Shown: piece by piece, positions 1 through 14,100 of the stretch
How the letters are laid out: each line of letters begins with the position of its first letter
Numbering within the stretch: the first letter of the stretch is position 1
From: Dimorphilus gyrociliatus
Lineage: Eukaryota; Animalia; Annelida
Assembly (NCBI GenBank): GCA_904063045.1
Contig: CAJFCJ010000029.1
Location: 496,001-560,000 of the forward strand
Direction: 5' to 3'
DNA length: 64,000 nt
Notes under the pieces: model-generated
Database searches by the model: none
What the model saw: the letters and a program-made list of their open reading frames with translations, nothing else
What the model was told of the DNA's origin: nothing
Position numbers and translations under genes: made by a program

Positions 1-660
1 CATTGCGATATGCTGTTAGTATATTTAAATATTTCACCACACGGCGAATAAGACAAGTTGAGTTTGCACATATAAAAAAAAGTATTATGACAACCATTCC
101 TTCTATCGCTTAAGAGTGAAGGATTTTACATTAATAGAACACAAACGGTTATCTAAATCTACTCAAAATAGATGATCAAAGACATATCTTAAAAAAAGAA
201 ATTAAACCTATTTAAATAATATAGGTTAGTATACTAACAAATAATTAGAAGACTTTTACAAATACAAATTCTATATATAAATATATATGTATATATATGA
301 ATATATCTATGTATATGTATATATCGCATATATACGTCGTATTTACATTCTTTTATAGCATAGCAAGAACACATTTTTGTCCGCATTCACGCGTACTGTC
401 ATTTTGTAGATAAATTGAATAGCACATATTGGCTAATGTAACTAATACGAGATAAGCAGTTCGCGGCACCAAGAGAAATCGGTCATTTAGGATGGACTTT
501 AACCATTCTGGACGAGATCAATGATGCAGACACTTTCCATCACGTGTTTCTTTGTGAAAATCAGAATATTTGCTTTTTTTCAATTTTGAGATTTGATGTC
601 TGCATTTAAATCTTGCGTAATCTGCATTCTTTCGACTAGAAAATATTGGAGGTTCAAAAT

Positions 661-3600
661 TCACTTTTGTTTTACAGCAGATAAGTCCGCATAGCGCGGA
701 ACAATAGTTTTGTGTGTATCAGGTAGACACGACATTCGTCGCTCGACCGCCTCTTTATCTGTTTCGAGGAAGACGTGTTAATTTAAAAGTAAAGCAGTAT
801 GGTTCATTTTATTTACAATCAATTAAGGTTTCTTTGTCCATGTCGTTTTTAGCATGTTGAGACAGATGCTGAAGGAGGATTTGGGCACTTTTGTATAACT
901 GGAAACTCTGCCAAAAAAATATATTTTCAATTGATTCAAAAATAGCAATTATGAATTGTAAATTTACCTCTTCGTTTCTACCCATTAGTTCTTGCATAGG
1001 AGCCGATCGACACTATAAATACAAACTATATGTTATTTTTCTGAAATATCAAGGTGTAATTTCACCTACCAAATCAACAACATGCTGATATATAACTTTA
1101 TCGGCAATCCTGCTTAACTTTTCATAATCAAAGCCAGCATGGTTTTCCTTTTCGATATAATCTCGTTTAATATTACTACATACTTTTAAAGCTTTCTTAT
1201 AATTCGTATGAGCTTGACGAATAACTGTTGGAATAAGTAAATGAAATAAAAGCTTGAAAAGTTACACTAATTTAAAACTAACTTTGTACGACAGTAGGAG
1301 TTACTTGTAGTCGACCATTTTTATGCTCCACAGCAGTTAAACTGAGAACATTTTGTAACATATTGATAACTCGAAGGTAGAGGGCTAGTAGTTCAACAAT
1401 TTTCTGTTTATGCTCATTCATAAAGCTCAGACTAACATCTTCATTAGCATTTTCCAAGACAGGGCTACTTCTATCTTCTGCTAGCTGCATTATGTATTCA
1501 CAACTTCCTGTTGCAAAATCCAGTCTATTCACGAGCTCGTTATGAATGTTATTCAACAGTAGTTCGTCAGTCAAGTATGGTGTCTTCATTTCATCGGATT
1601 CATATCTTACAAGTGCATTTTGACCAACGGCTGCTTTTAAAATACCTTTTTGATGTTCGGACAGCTGAACTCTTCCACCACTCGGCAAATCCAATTTCGT
1701 TTCCGAATGCTTTCTCTCCATGTGGGATTCGAAGTCAATTTTTGATACAACTTTTGTAGGCGACTGAGCAATCGTTGGCAAGGATGATGGACTTGTGGCA
1801 GCCGCATGCATACCTGAACGGGATCTCGGCGAAGATCCGAAAGATCCAGAATTTCTTCTCCATGTCAATCCGGGAGACATGTGATCAGGAGGAGTACCAA
1901 TAGTAAAATGAGCTGTTGGAGGACTCATCGACTCGATGTCAATTCTTTCGATTGAATTTTTTCTCCTTCTTATCAAAGATGAACTTGTGGATGATAGGCT
2001 GGAAGGAGAGGAGGGAGAATTTTTCAAAGATCTCGATAACTGCATTTTTTCATAGTTTTCAATTTGAGTAGGAACTGGTTTGACCAACGAACCAGGTGAA
2101 CTTCCCTTACTACCAAACGGTAGGCTATGGGGTCGATTTCTACCAGGAGAATTAGATGGCTGTTTTTTAGCATAGGGAGCTGATCTATGCTTGTGTTTTG
2201 TTGGTTCGATGTCATCATAGTTTTCAGGAAAGATAGCTTGTAATTCGGCATAAGATTGTGGTAAGTTTTCTGGAACCAAAACAAAATCTTCAACAGGAGC
2301 TTCAACTTTCGTAAATCCTCCCAATGATGCAGGTGAAGTTCGACCAGAAGAACCAGGACTTTTTTCAGAACCTGGAATTTTCCTGGGAGCTGAAGCATTT
2401 CCTCTACCGGGCATACCAGACAGGGGTGAGACAGAAATTGTTTTCATTGACGGAGAATTACTAGATAATGAAGTTCTAGAAGAACGCGTATTTGGGACTG
2501 CAACGGGAGCCGCTGTAAAGAAAACGCAAAATTGAATATTTGTTGTTTTATGTTGTAAATAATAAAAACTAACATTTTTCTTTAATGAATCTGTGATTAA
2601 AGAAATCATCAAAGTTTATTCTCTCCCTTGCATTTCGCTTTAGAATACGCAATAAAAGGTCACTCAAATCTTCCGACGTTCCCGTTGGGATACTATATAA
2701 AACTTTTGTTTAAGATTGATCATTGGTTTATTAGAATTAAACTTACTGAGGAGCTAAGTTACTGCTTCTTTCATAAAATTGTTTCAATTGGGATGGTGTA
2801 CTGGCAGCAAAAGGAGCCTTTCCGGTTAAACATTGATACACAATTGTGCCAATGCTCCATAAATCAGCTTTATTATCGTATTGTAACGACATAATTACTT
2901 CTGGAGCCTGGAGAGATAATTTACTTAGAAACGTTATTTATAAACTTATCATCAACTTACCATATACATTGGAGAGCCACATAGAGTTGCAGCCATAGCA
3001 CCATTACCCAGAAATCGTGCAAAGCCAAAATCAGCTGTTAAACAAAAATCATTTAGTAAATAGTATTGCGATTCTAGAATAATAAAATATATTTCATATG
3101 TGAAATAGAGGTTAATATATTTAGTGTTTATAAATAAAATCAAGGTCGACGACCTAGCATTGATAAGTACAAAGCTCTGACCTATTTTGAGAGTCATATC
3201 ACGTGGATCCGGATTCTTTTTGCAACTATTGTTTTGTAAAAGTATGTTTTGTGGCTTAAGGTCACGATGAACTATTCCCTTATTGACCATAGCCTTCAAT
3301 CCTCGGGAAATTTGCCGTAGAAAGAAAGATATTGTATCCTCACTGAGTGTACCTTTAGCTATATATGAATGGAATGTTGTTATTGTTGATATTGAAGTTG
3401 TTTATATGAAATGAATAGAAATTCATATGTTACAACTTACCGTGTAAGTAATCTGATAAGTCACCGGAGTTGCAGAACTCCATGACTAAATAAACATATT
3501 GATCACCTTCCTGTAATAAAAAAAAATTATGTAATAATAAGGTGAGCGAATTTCAAACAATACAGAATGTTCTAGATGAGAACGTAAAAATATTTATCAG

Positions 3601-4874
3601 CTGATTGTAGGCTCAAGGAGGATTTTTTTCTGTGTATTTACTGCTGGTTATCGATGATGAAATAGTAAACAATCCTTGAAAACAGCTGATTTATATTTCT
3701 CCTACGACGTAATAAATCTTATAGTAGAATCAACTATTTTTCGAAAATATTCTAAATTTTTAATAAAAGTTCAGCATGATCACACGTGATAAAAGATTGC
3801 TTTTTAAAATACAATATAACAGTCCTTTTTAACTTAAAAGCTTAATGCATAAAAGTGTGAGACACGTGTAAGCATATTTCGTGTTCTAAAATTGACCTTT
3901 TAGAACACAAAAGAGAAAAAAACTTGTTGGAACTAGTGTCAATAATAGATAGTGATTCGGAACCAAACGTTAACGAACAGCCCTATTAAGGCCTCCTCTT
4001 TTAGAAAGACACTGGCCTTGGAAGATCATTATAAATTGTTACAGTTCAAAGTCCGTTAGTAACTTTTTAACACAGAAGCTGGCACAATTTGGTATTATTC
4101 AATATACTATAATATATATATATATATACAAATTTTCTCCCAACAAAAAGAGATCAATGACCTGGTTGCCAAGGATAATAAACAATCTTGCATCATTGAA
4201 TGAAAAAAAAAGTGACTCATTTAAATGAATATTATTGATTTGTGTCACAACTTTAAAACACACGTGTGTGACCACTAAATATATATATTCATCATAGACC
4301 ATCATACGTATTTTGTAACTAATGTAAGGCTACAATTGTCTCTTATTACAACACATTTCATAATACGAGTACCCTGGATGAGGGTGTTGCAATAGTTTAA
4401 CGTCACACAGAACACGTGTCGTTCAATGATCGCGGCCTAAGTTCACAAAGGCGTTCGTTCATACACTTAAATTTTTATATAATTAAAGAAATAAAGAATA
4501 TGACGTACCGCTCTGCATTCTAGAAGAGAGACTAAATTTTCGTGATTAAGACTTGATAGCTCCTGTTGAAATTTATTATAGAAAATAATTAAAATTTCAC
4601 TGCTTTTGCGTTAATAGCTTACTTTGAGAATATTGATCTCTTTTGACAGTAAATTTTGACTTTTAGAGATGTTCTTCTTTGTGACTCTCTTTATAGCGAC
4701 CGTTGTAGAAGGGTTCTAAAATGAAAAAGATTTTTTTTTTATATAGAAATAATGATTAATTCAATGAGCTCTTTGTTGAATTACCGTGGTGAAGCGACCC
4801 TTAAATACAACAGCAAAGGCTCCATGACCCAAAATATCCTTGGGATTATACTCGAACTCTCCAACAGTGTCCAT
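661..4874 (-). CDS. ULK1: Serine/threonine kinase Atg1/ULK1-2/unc-51, 13 coding exons, 818 aa
   Basis: Phase-consistent GT-AG exons: 4785-4874, 4623-4715, 4509-4562, 3441-3510, 3182-3358, 2961-3034, 2747-2907, 2574-2692, 1283-2512, 1070-1224, 968-1012, 817-907, 661-758 (2457 nt). Translation starts [26 protein letters not shown] and contains [31 protein letters not shown], an S/P-rich linker with the LIR motif EDFVLV (DFVLV at 2274-2288) and a ULK-type C-terminal region ([13 protein letters not shown]...YKEAVERRM). Confidence 0.95.
3783..4418. promoter_or_regulatory. Cluster of four CACGTG E-boxes in ULK intron 3
   Basis: CACGTG at 3783, 3863, 4261 and 4413, inside the only ~1 kb intron of the gene. 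A FOXO-type GTAAACAA lies at 3665 in the same intron. Confidence 0.5.
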
Positions 4875-7184
4875 TCTTCTTGTTTTATCTTGTTTGACTA
4901 AAAGATATTTGGCATTTTTAATAGTTTCTACGTCAGCTGATATAAAATCGCTTAGTAAAATTTCAAGGTTAGCTTGTCGATCATTGTCTATTAGACCATG
5001 TTGACTCTTTCTTCAAGAATTATAAAATGAGTCTCCAATAACATATATTATCCCTGAACAAAAATAAAAATGACGAAAGAATGTTGCATAAATTCTATTT
5101 TGCTGTTACCGGATAGCCCAGCTATCGCTACGCTGAAAAAAATAGTTCCCAACCTACTTTTAAATTATACGCAAATTTTTGTCGGAAAATTCTTGTAAAT
5201 ACTCAAAAAAGATGTTGAATTTTTCAAGATTCAATTTTACCTTAAAATAAGAATATTGTTCCAAAAATTCCTGTATATAATTAACATATGAAAAGGATTT
5301 ACAGTAAGGATAATAATTCCGCGTCACTTTTTCGTTGAGTAATGTTGTACGGGGAGAGAGCACCCGATTGCGTTGTAAACAAAGGGTAGGCCTAGTTTAA
5401 AAAAAAAACTGGAAATGAATAGGTCGGGTTCACGGCTGCTACTACGGGGTATATTATTCTATATTATTTTGCGTCGTAATTAATGAATAACATGCAATTT
5501 CATGTTCAAGTCACGATGAACGTGAAAATGTTCCCGGCTTGACATTGACTAATTATAACTTCTAGGCACGCTCTTCAGATTAAAAAGGTATTAGTAACAA
5601 AACTAAGAAATTATAAACTCTTATTATTCACCCCAAAGACGTTTTTACGCGGAAATAGTTGGTATTTTCATTTCATAGCTTACATTTAGATAACTATTTT
5701 TCAATGGTCAACAAATATTTAATAGGTCAATTGTTCGTTGAACGAAGGTCGACTTTGTATTTCTCATTATACTAGCCCAAGCTAGGGCATCCTCTTGCCT
5801 AAGATCCGGTTATTGCCTTTACTTCGAAATGGCACGTTATAACCTTCTTTTCCAAAGCGGAGTCACTTATTATGCTAATGATACATAAATTGACCTATAT
5901 TCCATTAATTGTGTATAAGAAAAAAAAACGAAAACACAACCGATCTATTTCATAAACACATCTATTTATGATGAAATTCATGACGTATAAATAGAAGCCC
6001 TATGAAAGAAAAAACGTACTCTCTTAGTACGTGACTTTTCAATGTTAATTTAATTAATGATTTTTTTTACAAGTTTATACTCATATGCATATATTTATAT
6101 ATTAAAGATATTATAATAAATCCATATTCAAATACCTAATACAACCTAGGGTAATATTAATAATATACAAATATAAACATATAAATTTATATATAAGTAT
6201 ATATTGTATATGTTATAAGAGATATATATGATTATTTCCTCGAATTCTGTTTTCTTGTTAAATGTATTAGCTATTAGTTTTATAAAGGATTGAAACGATT
6301 TTTTTCATCCTTTTAAGAATTTTAACTGTTCTATAGTATCGATTTTTTTTTCTTTTTTATTCTACATTGTCTGTTCTGTTTCACCGATAAAAATAAAAGC
6401 TCAGTGATGGATCAATATACATATACTGTATATATATATTATATATATGTATACAGTATGCTGTACACATCTCTATATATACGCAAATTTAAGTAGAATT
6501 AAATTCATAACCGAACGAGGTCAGCGGACTTTGGATTAGAGTGTGCAGAAAACAAATTGGCTTCGTAATTGAACTGTTTTGTGTTATCTGTTTTTATCAA
6601 AACCTAAAAAAGGAATAAGAAATATGCAACTTGTTATTTTTGCAATCCTGTTAAATGGTTTTTTCCTTTTTTGGTTATATAATGGAAATTTCTCTCTTGT
6701 TGTTATTTATAAAAAAATTCCAAATTTTACATAACTTTGTTATTAATCATTTTTTTAAAATTAATAACGAACTATATTATAATAATAAATAAACAAATGA
6801 TATTTTTAATATAGTACTGTAAATAGCCATATTCACGGTGACTAATTGTATATTTTTGGGCGGTATTACATATTGATCTAGTTTTTTAATCATACGTAAT
6901 AGCATAAAAAATATTACATATTATCTTATTCGAGTTAACCGAATTTTATATTCTGATATAATAAACTCTAATTTAAAGACATGGTTTTCTTTGTTAGTAA
7001 AATTATGATAACTTTATGTCAATAAGAACTAACTTTCTATAAAACTAGAGAAACTATCTCTTCTATATCTTACAATAATCAATTGTGTTGATAAACAAAA
7101 ACGTACTTTCATTTGAATAAGCTAATATTTGATGACATAATAGGTAATACTTTGTTCGCTGAAAATACTAAGAAAGCAAGCGGT

Positions 7185-7187
<3 letters not shown>

Positions 7188-7218
<31 letters not shown>
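7188..7218. repeat. (GA)n microsatellite
   Basis: Uninterrupted AG dinucleotide run. Confidence 0.95.
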
Positions 7219-7226
<8 letters not shown>

Positions 7227-7842
7227 TAATGAGAGAGTAGAATAGAGAGAGATAGGAAAATATAGGAGAAAGAGATAGAGAGAAAGGCACAGATGGACAA
7301 AATCAAGAGAAAGGAAGATTAATCTTTTTTAATTTACATATTGTGCTACTATCAGCTTCTAGCTGTATGTAAACATCGCTAATCTACATAAGCTAATCGG
7401 CGCTTTAAATAAGACACGTGTAGAATTTTTTTTTTGTTTTCAAATATGTAATGCATTTAAAATGTTTTCCTTTTAAGCAATAAACTGCTCACACATTAAT
7501 TTTCAAAACTAATTACAAAAAGCATATTTCTTTCTATCAATTAAAAATTACACACCAACATTTACTCATTAACACAAAAAGCCCGACCAGGTGCGTTAGA
7601 AAGTTTTGAAAAAGATATTCATAAACAATTTTTCTCTTTTTTTTTTGCATAATTAACGACTCGAATTTGATTTCGAAAAAAACCAGAAGCAAAAATTTTA
7701 CATTAATGCGATAATAGCAAAATTTGGACAAATAATAGGTTTACACGTTCAAAGCGCAGTATTAATTAAATATAATTAATTAATCTAGATGAAAGAGAGA
7801 CAGAGATAGAGAGATATAGAGGTATTTTAGAAAAGAACGTTT

Positions 7843-8160
7843 TCAAATATCGTGATGCGTTTCCATAAATTCCGATATGATTTCTTTGACAGGTTGTTGA
7901 AGTTCTTCTGGTGGTTCTCGTTCCTGTTCGATGTGAGTGTCTTCTGTTACTACAGTTTCCTCCTTACCGTCTTTTATAACTGTTCTTCTGCTTACTTGTT
8001 TTCTTAGAAGGAGGCTGTAATCATTATCGTATGCGTTATAAATAGTATTACAAAATAAAAATGACTGTAATTCACCTTGCTGATTCAGTTGCTCCTTCAG
8101 CATAAGTGTCGTCCGTAGTTTCAGCAGATTCCAAAGGAAACGCCTGAGCTATTCTAGCGG
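7843..8160 (-). CDS. ANK2: Ankyrin last two coding exons
   Basis: 8076-8160 (phase 1 to 2) splices to 7843-8002, giving ...[56 protein letters not shown]-stop. Confidence 0.75.
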
Positions 8161-11100
8161 CTTTAAAAACATTATTATGCATATGATTAATTATTGACCA
8201 AAGCAATTTGTTATCCCCCAACAACACCGACGTGCTTTATTACGACAGTAAGGCTTAATAAAACCTAGATATAAGAGAAAACAGGTTATGTGACCTAACA
8301 GTGAAGAATGTATAAGATTTATCAAGTACTTTTTACATATATCAAAGAAAGAAGAGAACTATTTTTGATTTAGCCCAGATTGTGCTGAAAAAATGTAGTG
8401 TCAAAGTGCTCTCTTTTTTTAGAGTGATCGAACTAAGGAAAACAAAATTTATACGACACCTACACAAAAGCTGGAAACGAACCTTCCCATTCTTGACCAG
8501 CCGATGGTCCGCAATAGCAAGTGTCGGAATGCGACGAATGTGTATCAGACGCGCCCGACGTAGGACTACTAGTGGGTTGTGGAGAAACACGGCCTGAAAT
8601 TTGTTGAATATTCGAAGCCGTCGTTCTCGCGTATTGACTAGATTCATTGAAAGTAAGGGTTACTTTTCCAACGCCTGGTTCGTACATTGTTAAACTTCGG
8701 GAGCTATGACTAGAACCGCTACTACTTGTGTCTGAAAATTGGGTAGCGCTTGTTATTCGGCGTTGGGTAACTGTTGTTGTACTTGATGCTATATCATAAT
8801 TTCCTTCATGGTCCTTTCTAACCATTTCTCCATCGCTTGATGCTGTCATAGATACATCGGTGAGAAAGCTTTCCGCGCCAGATGATTGTTGGAGTGTAAC
8901 AGAACTTTCTTGACTCCATGCGCCGCTCTCAACTGATTCACCAAGAGCTAATTTTTTTGTTGGAGGGCCTGCTTCATCTTCAGAAGTTCGTTCGGGTGGG
9001 GATCGTGGTACTTTTTGATCTTCTAAACTGTCGGATGACTGCATCATTGCAGTTTGTTCTTCGTACTGGAGGACATATTCATCTTTGCAGACGAGTGGGT
9101 TATCATCATCTTCCTCTATTTGGGGAACCCGATGCTCTGCATCCAAAGAATCTGTTGAGTCGATCATCGCTCTATCATCATCAGAATCAGCTCCGGGTAG
9201 TTCGAGAGGGCTTACGTCACCTAATGAATCAGCTGATGTCTGTAAAGCATATGTGCTTGGGCTTAATTCGATGGAATCCGCAGATTCATCCATAACTGAT
9301 CCTGAAGGATTCAAAAACGAATCGTCTGGATTAGTGGTTGTCAGTCTAGTTATCCTCTCTGGAGAATTAATTATGCTTGAAGGTATTTGGCCGGTGTTTT
9401 GGTAGACTTCTACGACAGTGGGAAGATTTGCCGCAGCGGCACCCTCCACCTTAGTTTCTCCTTCTAAACTGTCTACAGACTCTTCCAATTGTGTTGTAGT
9501 ATCTTCTTTAAATTCCACTTCTTTAGAACCTAGTGAGTCTACCATCATATTTTCATTCAAAGAATCTTCCAGCTTTACAGGATCTTCGGTTAAGCTATCT
9601 TTCATCACATCTACTTTGGGTTTTTTATCATCATTCAATGAGTCTTTCATTATATCTGATTCAGTCATTTTTTCATTTAATGAATCTTTCATGCTCGTTT
9701 CCATGCTCTTAGATTGTACAGGCTCGTCTATTGAGTCTGTAGACAGGATCATATCCGATTTTGGTTGCTCTTTTTCTATTGAAACTTTCAAAACTGAATC
9801 AGATTCTGTCGATTTCGCTAACTGTTCTATTCCAGCTGAACTGTGCATTGAGGACGCATCTTGAGCTGAATCGATTGAAAAATGCATCACTGAATCTTGT
9901 AGTGAATCTGATACTTCCGAGCTGGAATCTAACTCTGCCGTGGTAGTTTGAGTTGGACCAACTACAACGTCCGTGTCGACAGAAGTTGTAACTACTTCTG
10001 AAACTCTCATCATTTCTTGTACATGTCGGGTGAGTAAGACAGCTTCAGATACTTCGCTTATTTCTGTCGTTGAAGATAAGATTTGTAATGATTGGTGAGA
10101 CTTTGATTTCTCTTCCTCAGATATTGAGCCTGATTCCGATTCTTTAGTAATTGATAAAGCTGGGCTTGACTCATGAGAAGTCAATGTGCCTTTCTCCAAG
10201 AGGCTAACTACTTTTCTAGCCTCTGTTTGTAATTCATAATCAAGAGTCATCTGTTTTTCGAGTCTTTCAAATTCAGCTAAAGAAGATGATGAAGACGCAG
10301 TACTTTGTTTTTCGCACAATAATTCGTTTGAGCTGGATGTTGCTTCAACCTCTTTCTCAAGTCTTTCAAATTCAACAAGAGAAGAAAACGAACTCCCAGT
10401 TGCGCTTTTTGGAACAGTTTCCTCAGGTGTGAGTGCAACCCGATCCAAGTCTATTGAATCAGATTGTTTTAAATCACTTTCAAGACGTTCAAATTCGGCC
10501 AATGACGAAGAAATAGAACCATAAAGATGAGGACTATCCGACGGGGCTGAGTCAATACTGCCCTTATCGGATATCTCCTTTTCTAATCTTTCAAATTCTG
10601 CCAAAGACGACGATATCGAAACATCATCTGTACTAGGGCGCGAACTTGAAATTTCAATAGAACCAGAACTGCTTGTTCCAGTCTCTATGCGTTCTGAACT
10701 TGTCGTTTTGGAACTTGAACTTTCGGACGGTTCGATTGTAGGTACGATGGAGCTTTCCTTAGGTGGAGCTTCCTGCGTGTAAATATCTGATGTATAACTT
10801 GAGGTCATAGAAGCAATTTCAGCTAATCGATCTTCTTCATCATAATGAGCTGCAAGTACAGTTGCAAAACTATCTACGCTTGATGTTTCAATTTGAACAT
10901 CATAATCTGGACTTGCAATCTCACATATAGTTGTTAAAACTTCTGTTGAGGTTGGTTTCGATGAAAGAGGTGATTTGGAATCTGGGGTCTGGCTTCGGTC
11001 ACTTTCGTTTTCAGAATTTTCCATAATAGTTTCAAGGAATCTAGTAGACGCCGGAGGCGTGACATTACATTCGGATAATTCAATATCCTGTAACATTTCG

Positions 11101-14100
11101 TCACTATCGCTTAGATGAGAAGAACCAAGATTTCTGCTCTGGTCCCGCCCCCGGCCTTCTACTAAAAAAGGATCGGTCTCTTGAGGTGAATCGTCTTCGC
11201 TAGATGACTTAGCTTGAGCTTCAGGCGGCTTAGGGGGCGGATCTTCCTGAAGCTCATACCGATGCCCTAAAAAAGGCTCCGCATCTCTTTCGACTTCCAT
11301 TGCTTGTTCATCGTCTTCTTCATCTGTTTCCATCAATTCTTCTGCTTGGGGAACAATTTGAACTTCTTCATCTGATTCATGGTGGTCATCTTCCACTATT
11401 TCTACTTCTTCAATCGAAAACGGCTCACTACTTTCTTCAGCTGCTTTTGCAAAATGAAGAGGATAGTCTCCCTCATCAGTTTCTTCATATACGTGTCTTG
11501 TAACTCTAATTGATGGAACATGCGTAGAATCTTTAGGTTTTTCTTGTACTTCAATATCTGAGAATAACATTTCTTCATCGCTACTCTCAGCAGGAGGAGC
11601 TGCTTCTTCAATCAAAATTCTTTCACCAATAGCAGCAGCTTTTTCCATTTCTTCTTCTTCTTTTGTCATAACATTAATTACTCGTTCTTCTACTTTCTTT
11701 ACGCCCTCAATTATTTCAGGGTCCTCTGTCATTTCATCCTCACTTGATAGATGCTCTGAGAGTTGGGGAAGGGGGGAAAGAGGCCTCTCGAGCTCTTCAA
11801 TGGCTTCATCAGTGTCTGATATTGAAATTATCCTCTCCAGTTCTGCATCAGTCTTTTGAGATGCAGTTTCTAAATCGGTATCTTTTAAGTATTGTACTCG
11901 CTCTGTTGTTTTACCAAAGTCATCTGGTACTTCTTGAAGACCAGAGAGTTGACCAGCGATGATTTCCTCTTCAAGTGTTTTTCGTCGCTGAACACTTCCA
12001 AACATTTCTTGTAAATCCTCATTCATTACACCGCTTTGACTATCAGGTACCTTTTCATCATCAGAAGAATCTGATAAATTACTAGCAGCCATGTGCTGTG
12101 TACCTAAAGGCTCAAATGGATCTTGAGCAACAGCATAGTGCTGTTGAAATTGATCATACTCTGGCTGATATTCAACTTCTGTTGGACCATTTGAATCTTC
12201 AAATATTTGTTGATCAGCTTCTGGCTTGGAGTTTTCATCTTGGAAAGGCTCCAAGGCAGGAGGTACTTCTTGTGGACTAATCGGTTCGGGATCTAGTGCA
12301 AGACTGGAGTCTTGATCTCCAGTGGCTGTTGGAGTTAGTGGATCCGTATCTTCAGAAAAGTCGATTAAGCTTTCAGTTGTTGATGGTTGTCTCTCATCAT
12401 TAACATTGTCTTGAGTAAGTGTATTCGTTTGACCCTCAAATACATCATCATCTGGACTTGACAATATGGTTTTTGTTTTAGCATCATATGAAGTTGGTAA
12501 AGACTTCTCCACAGAGTCAGGGCTTACATCATAAGTAGCAACAACTCTTGAGATAGAGCAGCTATCTAAATCGTAGGTTGCGGCCAAAAGTGTTGGCTCG
12601 TTTGAGGCTTCAGATGAAGAAGAAGTTTTAACTTGATCCTCGCTTGATAAAGACATCGCCTCCGAAACTTTGACTGATCTTGCTTCTAGTCTTTCAGTGA
12701 TTTGAGCCTGCGCAGGCGCGAGATCTGTTTGCATTTCAGCTGCCAATTCTTCTTTCATTGCTTCATCATAGTTTTGTTCCATATCTTCACTATCGATAGA
12801 AGCGGACTCTGTTTTGTCACTTTCCTTATCAACATCTAAAACGTCTTGTAAAGCATCAGATTGCTTGTATCTACGATCTTCACTATCATCTTCACAAAGA
12901 GTTGGTGTTCCTCTATCTGAATCAAAAGAATGGGTGAATGACTCAGGAGCCGTCTCGTACTGGGATGTAGCAGTAGAAGTAATGGTATCGATTGACCGAG
13001 TTTCAGAGGAAAATTCGGATCTTGCTGTGACATAAGAAGCAGCGGTTGTGCTTGAGGCTCCACCAAAGGTATCAACTGAAGAACTAGAAGTAAGTGCTGA
13101 TTCAAATTCATCTGATTCTCTGGAGCTGATTGTTGCACCTTCTAATCCCAAAGCAGTTGGTGTTGTTCTCATGCTGTCATTGTCGTATTCATCTTCATCG
13201 ATAATAATTACTTGTCCAGAAATACCTTCAAGGCTATGTGTTGGTTTAACGGCTTCTTGTAATTCAGCTAGATCTTGTTCATGTGGATCAACAACAACTT
13301 CCTCATCAGATTCGCAAGTAGTACTTTGGAACGTTTGCTGATGAGACTGTACTTGAGTTTCTCTTTCTTGCATTTCCTCATCCTCCTCGTCTTCCTCAGC
13401 TATGAAATCGGATGGAGAAGAACCAAGTTGAATGTTCGTTGGTGGACCAGCTTTGTCCTCGTACACAGGCGATATATCTTTCATATGAGAATCAATTATA
13501 GGTTCGGGTGGTGAATCAGTTGCACCGCATGTTTTCTCCACCAAAGCACCGGCTGCGATCATAGAATCATATTAATCGGACTAGTCTTTTCACAGCAATT
13601 ACAATACAAATATTATATTGCCGATTTTAGAGGTTTGCTACACGCATGCCTCCTTTATAACGTCATACTTAACTTTTATAAATAATTTAACTGATAGAAC
13701 ATGCAAAAGTAATTAAGTAACAAGTTAATTATATTGATTTGAAAGAGTATAACGCCTGATTTCTTAGCTACAACATCAAGAAGAGAGGATTTGCTACATG
13801 TATAAAACATTTTAGAATATGATAGAGTCAAAATTAAAATAAAATAACTTCTTAAACATCTAAGCAAAAGCTAATTATCTAATCATATCTTCAAGATAAA
13901 AATGATTATGAATTACATAAGAAAAGCGGTTTAATTATAACGAATTATTTTGAGAAGCAAAATAAAGTTGACAAGCAGCATTGAAATTATTTTGTTTATC
14001 ACCTTCTGTTCGTATCTCTGGTAAAATCGGCTCTATCGACCAATGTGTATCTGTTCGTATAAGCTTTTTAAAATAAGGGACGTAAAGTCATTATATAAGT

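Noticed and set aside
1278-3299. N-termini and internal segments of ORF-track proteins 1278-2612 and 2952-3299
   Set aside because: They include read-through introns; the spliced model above replaces them.
8918-13514. Plus-strand ORFs (e.g. 9418-9864, 9085-9405, 13048-13341) opposite the giant exons
   Set aside because: Antisense shadows of E/D/S-rich coding sequence (S/F/L-rich translations) with no independent signals.
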